From: Pseudomonadota bacterium
GTDB taxonomy: Bacteria; Pseudomonadota; Alphaproteobacteria; Rhodobacterales; Rhodobacteraceae
Length of the DNA: 64,000 nucleotides
Direction of reading: 5' to 3'
NCBI GenBank assembly: GCA_046049665.1
Contig: JBJOQW010000060.1
Span: 21,056-85,055 of the forward strand
Shown: piece by piece, positions 57,431 to 64,000 of the stretch
How the letters are laid out: each line of letters opens with the position of its first letter
How positions within the stretch are numbered: position 1 is the first letter of the stretch
Position numbers and translations under genes: made by a program
Notes under the pieces: model-generated
Seen by the model: only the letters and a program-made list of their open reading frames with translations
What the model was told of the DNA's origin: nothing
Database searches by the model: none

Positions 57431-57790
57431 TCAGGCGTTGGCTTCGCGCACCTTGTCAGCGGCTGATTTATCGAATGAAACGCCTTTGGACTCCAGCAGC
57501 GTATCCAGCTCACCCGACAGCATCATCTCGGTCACGATATCACAGCCGCCGATGAATTCGCCTTTGACATACAGCTGCGGGATGGTCGGCCAGTCGCTGT
57601 AATCCTTGATGCCCTGACGGATCTCTGCGTCAGCCAGCACGTTCACATCCGTATATTCCACACCGATATAGTTCAGCACACCCGCCACGCGGGACGAGAA
57701 CCCGCATTGCGGCATCATCTTGGTGCCCTTCATGAACAGAACAACGTCGTTCTTGGTTACCGTGTCCTTAATTTGGTCCGTCGCTGACAT
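57431..57790 (-). CDS. grxD: Grx4-family monothiol glutaredoxin
   Basis: [18 protein letters not shown] (CGFS active site). Start moved to MSATDQ. Confidence 0.94.
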   Translation of the reverse strand: MSATDQIKDTVTKNDVVLFMKGTKMMPQCGFSSRVAGVLNYIGVEYTDVNVLADAEIRQGIKDYSDWPTIPQLYVKGEFIGGCDIVTEMMLSGELDTLLESKGVSFDKSAADKVREANA

Positions 57791-57928
57791 TGGATTTCCC
57801 CTTGTCCCTGTTCCAGAACCCCACGCCATGCCGCAGCACGCCCGGAATTCCAATAAATATCACCCATGCGCCATAAAGGAGCCGTCCGCCTGCGTCCAGA
57901 ACCTTGAGCGCGAGGCCAAGTGCGTCCA

Positions 57929-58165
57929 TCAATCCGGTGCCTTTGTGGTCAGCGCCAGTGCATGCAACTCGCCATGCGCGCCGTCCATCTTGCCTTTCAG
58001 TGCTGCATAAACCGCGCGCTGCTGTTGTACGCGGTTCATGCCCTTGAAGCTTGCGTCAATCACCTCGGCCGCGAAATGCTGGCCATCGTCGCCCTGCACG
58101 CTGATCTTCGCATCAGGAAAGCTGGCGCGGATCAGGGCTTCGATATCACGGGCGTCCATGGGCAT
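57929..58165 (-). CDS. BolA family protein
   Basis: 78 aa, F.A.V....F.GM.RV..QR.VY.AL......G.LHAL.L.T. Conserved purL-bolA-grxD neighbourhood. Confidence 0.88.
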   Translation of the reverse strand: MPMDARDIEALIRASFPDAKISVQGDDGQHFAAEVIDASFKGMNRVQQQRAVYAALKGKMDGAHGELHALALTTKAPD

Positions 58166-58236
58166 TGCAGCTCTCCTGTCATCTTGCCGTAAACTTAGGG
58201 GCTGATGGGCGTGCCTGCAAGGCGGGATAACGCGGC

Positions 58237-60396
58237 TCAGGCCGCGATTGCTGCTGCGAAAGCCCGCCGGTACAGCGCGGAAAGTTCGGCCAGAGGCGCA
58301 GTATCAGTGCCAAACGTCACCGCATCACCCCCAAAGTTGCCAATACGCGCAACCGGAACGCCGACCGCACGGGCGGCATGTTCCAGAGCAGTGGCCTGAT
58401 CACCTGTGCAGGCAACAACGTACCGCGCCTGATCTTCGCCGAACAGATCAGGGATGCCGGACAGGGTCAGCGTAACCCCCGTATCTGCCGCATCCGCCAT
58501 TTCAAACGCCGCAAGCGCAAGGCCACCATCCGACAAATCCGTAATCGCACGAATATGTGTGCGGTTGGCAAGGATCAGGTCACCCGCAGCCTTTTCGGCG
58601 GCAAGGTCAACCGGCGGTGCATTGCCCGCTTCAATCCCGAAGGCTTCGGCCAGCAGGGCCGACTGGCCAAGGTGGCCGTGGCTTGCACCGATCAGCAATG
58701 CCACATCACCGGCTTGGGCAAGCCCGCCGATCAACGCATCAATCTGGGCAATGCCCACGGCGCCGATGGTTGGCGTGGGCAGAATGCCCGATCCATCGGT
58801 TTCGTTGTAAAGCGAGACGTTGCCCGACACGATGGGCATATCCAGCGCCTTGACCGCCTCACCAATGCCTTGCAGCGCACCCACGAGTTGCCCCATGATT
58901 TCAGGTTTTTCCGGGTTGCCGAAGTTGAGGTTATCGGTGGTGGCAAGCGGGCGCGCGCCCACACAGATCAGGTTGCGATAGGCCTCGGCCACCGCCTGTT
59001 TGCCGCCCTCAACCGGGTTCGCCTTCACATATCGCGGTGTCACATCGCTGGTAAACGCCAGCGCCTTGGTCGTGCCATGCACCCGCACCACGCCCGCACC
59101 CATGCCTGGGCGGCGGATGGTGTCGGCACCCACTTGGCTGTCATACTGCTCCCACACCCAGGCCTTATGCGCATAGGACGGGCTGGAAATCAGCGCGCGC
59201 AGGCCTGCGATCGGCGTGATGGCCGGGATGGGGCCAAGGGCTGCCGGGGCAGGGGTGGGAACCCATGGCCGGTCATATTCTGGTGCGCTGCTGGACAGTT
59301 TGGACAAAGGGAGGTCGGCCTTGACGTCATTGCCCTGCAAGATCAGGAAGCGGTCTTCGGGGATAGTTTCCCCCACAATGGCGAAATCGAGATCCCATTT
59401 CACAAAAATTGCGCGGGCCACAGCCTCCATTTCCGGCTTCAGCACCATCAGCATGCGTTCCTGAGATTCGCTCAGCATCATCTCATAGGCTGTCATGTTG
59501 GCTTCGCGCTGCGGCACCGCGTCCAGTTGCAGCTTGATGCCCAAACCACCCTTGTCGCCCATTTCAACCGCCGAACAGGTCAGGCCCGCCGCCCCCATGT
59601 CCTGAATGGAAATGACAGCGCCCGAGGCCATCAGCTCCAGACAGGCCTCAAGCAGGCGCTTTTCGGTGAAGGGGTCACCCACCTGCACCGTCGGGCGCTT
59701 TTCCTCGATCGTGTCGTCAAACTCGGCGCTGGCCATGGTGGCACCGCCTACGCCATCACGTCCCGTCTTGGCACCCAGATAGACCACGGGCATGCCGACG
59801 CCGCTGGCGACCGAATAGAAAATCTTGTCGGTGTCGGCGATGCCTGCAGCAAAAGCGTTGACCAGACAATTGCCGTTATAGCTGCGGTGAAAGCGCACTT
59901 CGCCGCCCACGGTGGGCACGCCGAACGCGTTGCCATAGCCGCCGATGCCTTCGACCACGCCCTTGACCAGATGCGCCGTCTTCGGGTGGCTTGGCACACC
60001 GAATGACAGCGCATTCATCGCGGCAATGGGCCGCGCGCCCATGGTGAACACGTCGCGCAGAATGCCACCCACACCCGTGGCCGCCCCCTGATGCGGTTCG
60101 ATGTAGCTGGGGTGGTTATGGCTTTCCATCTTGAAGATGACGGCCTGCCCGTCACCAATATCCACCACGCCTGCATTCTCACCGGGGCCGCAGATCACTT
60201 GCGGGCCAGTGGTTGGCAGCTTCTTGAGATGGATCTTTGAGGATTTGTAAGAGCAATGCTCATTCCACATCGCCGAAAAGATGCCGAGTTCGGTGAACGT
60301 CGGCTCGCGCCCAATGATGCCCAGCAGGCGCTGATATTCATCAGGCTTCAGGCCATGGGCGGCGATCAGGTCCGGGGTGATGGCGGGATCAGACAT
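58237..60396 (-). CDS. purL: phosphoribosylformylglycinamidine synthase subunit PurL
   Basis: [32 protein letters not shown]. Start at MSDPAIT (the ATG at 60411 is also possible). Confidence 0.96.
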   Translation of the reverse strand: MSDPAITPDLIAAHGLKPDEYQRLLGIIGREPTFTELGIFSAMWNEHCSYKSSKIHLKKLPTTGPQVICGPGENAGVVDIGDGQAVIFKMESHNHPSYIEPHQGAATGVGGILRDVFTMGARPIAAMNALSFGVPSHPKTAHLVKGVVEGIGGYGNAFGVPTVGGEVRFHRSYNGNCLVNAFAAGIADTDKIFYSVASGVGMPVVYLGAKTGRDGVGGATMASAEFDDTIEEKRPTVQVGDPFTEKRLLEACLELMASGAVISIQDMGAAGLTCSAVEMGDKGGLGIKLQLDAVPQREANMTAYEMMLSESQERMLMVLKPEMEAVARAIFVKWDLDFAIVGETIPEDRFLILQGNDVKADLPLSKLSSSAPEYDRPWVPTPAPAALGPIPAITPIAGLRALISSPSYAHKAWVWEQYDSQVGADTIRRPGMGAGVVRVHGTTKALAFTSDVTPRYVKANPVEGGKQAVAEAYRNLICVGARPLATTDNLNFGNPEKPEIMGQLVGALQGIGEAVKALDMPIVSGNVSLYNETDGSGILPTPTIGAVGIAQIDALIGGLAQAGDVALLIGASHGHLGQSALLAEAFGIEAGNAPPVDLAAEKAAGDLILANRTHIRAITDLSDGGLALAAFEMADAADTGVTLTLSGIPDLFGEDQARYVVACTGDQATALEHAARAVGVPVARIGNFGGDAVTFGTDTAPLAELSALYRRAFAAAIAA

Positions 60397-60680
60397 GCGG
60401 GCCTCAAACATCGGGGATTTGCGGGCGTGATAGGGGAAATATTGGTCAAGGGAAAGGGGCGCGGGGGAAAGGGCGGAACGCCAGCGAAAAATTCTTTTGG
60501 CAGCGGAAAAGATTTTTCAACGTCACAAAATTGAACAATTGCATGTGGTTAGGTGCAAAACTGCCACGCGGCTGACCCGACGTCACACATTTCTTCAAAC
60601 TTTTCTCGCAGGGCATGTCGAAAACGGCAAACGTGCAGCGTCCTTGGGTTATCGAAACACTGAAACAAAAAGGAAAGACC

Positions 60681-61076
60681 ATGTTGTTTGAAGTCACGCC
60701 AATGTATGCCCTGCCACTTGCCGCCATCTTTCTGATCTTGTGGTTCCGCGTCAGCGCGATCCGCGGCAAGGAAAAGATTTCCTACGGCGACGGCGGCAAT
60801 ACCGAACTTTTGCGCCGGGTCCGCCAGCACGGCAACTTTGTCGAATGGACGACCTTCGTTCTGATCCTGATGATCCTGGCTGAAGGTATGGGCGCACCTG
60901 ACCTGTATATCCACATCTCGGGTGCGCTGCTGCTGATCGGGCGGATCGTGCATCCCTTCGGTCTGGGCGCCATCAACAATGCCGCCATGCCTGCCCGTTA
61001 CATCGGCAACTCTACCAACCTGCTGGCGACACTGAATGCCATGGTCTGCCTTGGCGTGAACATCCTCGGCCTGTGA
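60681..61076 (+). CDS. MAPEG family membrane protein
   Basis: 131 aa, about 4 TM helices, R.R......GDG......R...N..E pattern. AGGAAAG SD before the ATG at 60681. Confidence 0.7.
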   Translation: MLFEVTPMYALPLAAIFLILWFRVSAIRGKEKISYGDGGNTELLRRVRQHGNFVEWTTFVLILMILAEGMGAPDLYIHISGALLLIGRIVHPFGLGAINNAAMPARYIGNSTNLLATLNAMVCLGVNILGL

Positions 61077-61131
61077 ACAACCCCTGACGGCAACACTGAC
61101 AACTTTAACCCAAGGACAAAGGACTACGACG

Positions 61132-61494
61132 ATGCAATACATGATCCTCATCTATGGCGACCCAACGCGTGAACCCGCTTATGGCACCAAGGAATTCGAT
61201 GCGATGATGGGCGGCTACTTCATGCTGAACGAAAAGATGAAAGCTGATGGCGTGCTGAAAGCGGGCGAAGGTCTGCAGGGCATTGAAACGGCCACTTCGG
61301 TGCGGCAGCGCGATGGCAAGGTTGAAACGATGGACGGGCCGTTTGCGGAAACCAAGGAACATCTGGGCGGCTACTATGTGATCGATGTGCCTGATCTGGA
61401 CACGGCATTGAAATACGCAGCACAGGTTCCGGCAGTGGCCTATGGCACGGTCGAAGTGCGCCCGCTGATGGACTATAACCCGACTGCGAACTGA
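61132..61494 (+). CDS. YciI/DGPF-domain protein
   Basis: MQYMILIYGD...DGPFAETKEHLGGYYVIDV.DLD.AL..A. Confidence 0.85.
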   Translation: MQYMILIYGDPTREPAYGTKEFDAMMGGYFMLNEKMKADGVLKAGEGLQGIETATSVRQRDGKVETMDGPFAETKEHLGGYYVIDVPDLDTALKYAAQVPAVAYGTVEVRPLMDYNPTAN

Positions 61495-61497
61495 AAA

Positions 61498-62721
61498 ATG
61501 TCAGCCGCCCCTCAAGCCATTGCCGCAACCAAAGCCATAGAGGCGGTGATGCGCAATGACAGGGGGCGGCTGATGGCTGCGCTGATCAAGCAACTGCGTG
61601 ACTGGCAACTGGCGGAAGAGGTGCTGCAAGAAGCCACCATTTCCGCCCTTTCGCATTGGGGGCGGGTGGGCCTGCCATCATCACCGCAAGGTTGGCTTTT
61701 GAAAGTGGCCTTAAGAAAAGCAATCGACCACATGCGCAGCGGAGCGCGCGAGGCGAAGAAAGCCGCAGCGATTGCGGTGCTGGCGAAAGAGGAGGCTGAA
61801 GACGTGGAAACCGCATTGATCCCGGATGAACGGCTTTCGCTGATCTTCACCTGCTGCCACCCGGCGCTGGAGCAGAAAAGTCAGGTGGCGCTGACGCTGC
61901 GCACGGTTTGCGGGCTGACCACAACCGATATCGCGCGGGCCTTTCTGGACGCAGAGCCGACCATGGGCCAACGCCTGAGCCGCGCCAAGGCCAAGATCGC
62001 GGCAGCGGGTATTCCCTTTGCGGTGCCGGGACCAGAGGCATGGAATGAACGCTTGGCCGCCGTGCTGACGGTGGTGTATCTGATCTACAATGCAGGCTAC
62101 ACGGCAGGGCCTGCGGCAGGGTATGATCTGTGCGAAGAGGCGGTATATCTGGTAAAGATCATTGATCGTTTGCGCCCGAATGAGCCGGAAGTGCAGGGTT
62201 GCCTTGCCCTGATGCTGTTTTCACATGCACGCCGCGCGGCGCGGGTGGGGGCGGATGGCCAGACGGTGCCGCCGCAGGAACAGGACCGCAGCCTGTGGGA
62301 TGCGGCCATGCTGGCCGAGGCAGATACACTGGTGCGGGGCGCATTGGGCCAGCACAGGCCGGGCCCATTTCAGCTGAAAGCCGCGATTGCGGCCTGCCAT
62401 GTCTTGCCCGAACGGCCTGACTGGCCGCAGATCGTGGCACTGTATGGCGTGCTGATGGCGCATGAGCCGACCGACATCATTCGCCTTAATCAGGCCGTGG
62501 CCATGGCCGAAGCGGGCGATGTAACAACGGCGCGTAAGGTATTGGCCGCGCTGCGAGATAGTCTGGCAGAGTATCAGCCGTTTCATGCGGCAGATGCGGC
62601 GATTTCCGCCATGGCAGGAGACAGGTCCATGGCCTTGCAGGCCTATGACCGGGCCATTTCAATGGCTGCAAACCCTGCCGATGCGCTGCTGTTGCAGCAG
62701 CGGCGTCAGCGCCTGCATTAA
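61498..62721 (+). CDS. ECF sigma factor with long C-terminal extension (ECF42-like)
   Basis: Sigma region 2 (LAEEVLQEATISAL) and region 4 (LIFTCCHPAL...LTTTDIARAF...RLSRAK), followed by a roughly 200-aa helical-repeat tail. Lies 3 nt after the YciI gene. Confidence 0.8.
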   Translation: MSAAPQAIAATKAIEAVMRNDRGRLMAALIKQLRDWQLAEEVLQEATISALSHWGRVGLPSSPQGWLLKVALRKAIDHMRSGAREAKKAAAIAVLAKEEAEDVETALIPDERLSLIFTCCHPALEQKSQVALTLRTVCGLTTTDIARAFLDAEPTMGQRLSRAKAKIAAAGIPFAVPGPEAWNERLAAVLTVVYLIYNAGYTAGPAAGYDLCEEAVYLVKIIDRLRPNEPEVQGCLALMLFSHARRAARVGADGQTVPPQEQDRSLWDAAMLAEADTLVRGALGQHRPGPFQLKAAIAACHVLPERPDWPQIVALYGVLMAHEPTDIIRLNQAVAMAEAGDVTTARKVLAALRDSLAEYQPFHAADAAISAMAGDRSMALQAYDRAISMAANPADALLLQQRRQRLH

Positions 62722-62747
62722 AAAAAAGGCCGAGCAAACGCTCGGCC
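62720..62747 (-). terminator. minus-strand intrinsic terminator abutting the sigma-gene stop
   Basis: Stem GGCCGAGC/GCTCGGCC, loop AAAC. An 8-nt A-run on the plus strand gives U8 after the hairpin on the minus strand. No U-tract on the plus strand. Confidence 0.75.
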
Positions 62748-62956
62748 AAAGTCCAACAGGGAGGTATGAGGCAGGGCGAGCATGCTCAGCGCCGCCTCAC
62801 CGTTGAAACTATGCTCGCAGCTGCAGCATTACAATGGAAACAAGCCTGTGAATTGGGCAGACCCGCTATGCGCCTGACGCATGGCTGCCATGACCTTGGG
62901 ATTCAAGGAAGTTTTGCCGTTTTTACATGCAGATGGCAGAACAAACAGGCGAAGCG

Positions 62957-63853
62957 CTAATCCTGTTTGCGTTTGCGGAAGGCAAAAATCTCTTCCGTAA
63001 CGAAATCACGGAAGGCCGCCACGCGTTTGGAATGGCGCAATTCTTCGGGATAGGCGAGGAAGACAGGCACCTCACCGCTTTCGGTATCGGGCAGAACGCG
63101 CACAAGATCGGGGAAGTCTTCGGTGATGTAATCCGGCAAAACGCCGATGCCGAGGTGGTTCAAGACCCCTTGCAGAACGCCAAAATAGTTGTTCACCGTC
63201 AATGTCGACGGGATATCATAGCTCATTAATTCGGCTGACAGCAGCGCGCCCGCCGCCACTTGGGCTGTGCCCGGGTGTTGGCAAATCAGCCGGTGGGCCG
63301 AAAATTCCGCCATGGTTGCGGGGGTGCCATTTGCAGCTAAGTAGGCTGGCGTTGCATAAAGCCGCATCTTGATGTTCATCAGACGCTTGCGAATAAGATC
63401 GGCCTGGCTTGGTTCCTTCATGCGGATGGCCACATCGGCCTCGCGCATGGGCAGATCAAGCACACGTTCTTCCAGCATCAGGTCAATCTTCAGGCTGGGG
63501 TATTTCTTGTACAGGGTCGGCAAGCGCGGTGCGAGCCACAGGGTGCCAAAGCCGGTGGTGGTGGTCACACGCAACTCACCGAACACCTCATCTTCGCTGT
63601 CACGGATGCGGGCGGCAGCGGCATCAAGGCGCTTGACCATCTGGTTGGTCGCCTCGAACAGCAATTCGCCCTGTTCCGTCAGAATCAGCCCGCGCGCATG
63701 GCGGTGAAACAGCGTGACATTCAATGATTCTTCCAGCGCGCGGATCTGGCGGCTGACAGCAGATTGCGACAGATGCAGCACATCACCGGCATGGGTCAGG
63801 CTGCCTTTTTCGGCAACAGCGTGAAAAATGCGCAGCTTATCCCAATCCATCAT
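62957..63853 (-). CDS. LysR family transcriptional regulator
   Basis: N-terminal HTH (MDWDKLRIFHAVAEKGSLTHAGDVLHLSQSAVSRQIRALE) plus an LysR substrate-binding domain. Confidence 0.93.
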   Translation of the reverse strand: MMDWDKLRIFHAVAEKGSLTHAGDVLHLSQSAVSRQIRALEESLNVTLFHRHARGLILTEQGELLFEATNQMVKRLDAAAARIRDSEDEVFGELRVTTTTGFGTLWLAPRLPTLYKKYPSLKIDLMLEERVLDLPMREADVAIRMKEPSQADLIRKRLMNIKMRLYATPAYLAANGTPATMAEFSAHRLICQHPGTAQVAAGALLSAELMSYDIPSTLTVNNYFGVLQGVLNHLGIGVLPDYITEDFPDLVRVLPDTESGEVPVFLAYPEELRHSKRVAAFRDFVTEEIFAFRKRKQD

Positions 63854-63882
63854 CCGCCCCGATCAAACCGTGTGAACGCTAA

Positions 63883-63905
63883 CATACCTTTGCAGGGTAG
63901 GTATG
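63883..63905. promoter_or_regulatory. candidate LysR-type box (dyad CATACCT-N9-AGGTATG)
   Basis: 7-nt perfect inverted arms 30 nt upstream of the lysR start, consistent with the T-N11-A architecture of LTTR sites. Confidence 0.5.
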
Positions 63906-64000
63906 CAGAATCTGCACGATGTAAACCCGTGATGCTGGTGATTGTCGCCAAGTTGTGATCTTGGGCCGATATGATGCCGTTGCATCATAAGAGGTAAGGC

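Noticed and set aside
58378-60006. 542-aa plus-strand ORF antisense to purL. The same applies to 42826-43836, antisense to gyrA.
   Set aside because: These are shadow ORFs opposite highly conserved genes, and no recognisable domain is present.
62766-62960. 64-aa plus-strand ORF after the sigma-factor terminator.
   Set aside because: Its apparent SD (GGGAGG) lies only 1 nt from the ATG. The product is Cys/Trp/Arg-rich, and the ORF runs into the lysR 3' end. The GGGAGG is better explained as the complement of a minus-strand CCUCCC motif.

Overview
High-GC (about 60-65%) chromosomal segment with gene content and synteny typical of an alphaproteobacterium, most likely Rhodobacterales (Roseobacter-like). 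That assignment rests on protein motifs and gene order only; no search was run.

The window is densely packed with housekeeping genes:
- Nitrogen, translation and folding: glnB-glnA, nnr, tRNA-Leu(UAG), tig, rpsF-rpsR-rplI.
- Lipid and aromatic metabolism: YceI and cytochrome b561-YceI, fabD-fabG-(alpha/beta hydrolase)-acpP, class II DAHP synthase.
- yicC-gmk, then an inositol catabolic cluster iolR-iolCDEB.
- The complete phosphate regulon block phoR-pstSCAB-phoU-phoB.
- gluQ, trmFO, gyrA, usg, a KamA/EpmB-like radical SAM gene, ocd-rocF with an Lrp regulator.
- ccmF-ccmH, gap, tkt, ZauP-like plus zapA, grxD-bolA-purL.
- A YciI plus ECF42-like sigma pair, and a LysR regulator.

I found no CRISPR array, IS element, integrase, prophage or recognisable defence or toxin-antitoxin module. 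I cannot point to a clear novel multi-gene system.

The stretches least explained by standard annotation are:
1. A small islet around tRNA-Leu (5974-7510). It holds two cargo-less Hint-domain paralogs that appear to lack a nucleophile, and twin AT-rich perfect palindromes.
2. A dispersed set of AT-rich perfect palindromes in convergent intergenic gaps (6211, 6253, 17199, 54186).
3. A 1.3-kb weakly coding gap upstream of the glnA terminator (1079-2375).
4. A roughly 480-bp low-GC, rare-codon patch inside nnr.
5. An orphan gene between tig and rplI.
6. A pseudo-receiver-like orphan divergent from phoR.
7. Two small ORFs coupled to the 3' end of gyrA.
8. A minus-strand terminator with an anti-SD-like CCUCCC motif about 210 nt downstream of lysR, which suggests an unannotated small RNA.

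The ORF track uses the longest ORF with alternative start codons. Many starts below were therefore moved by eye to internal ATGs with better Shine-Dalgarno (SD) context or family-typical N-termini. All family assignments are by-eye motif recognition, not search results.
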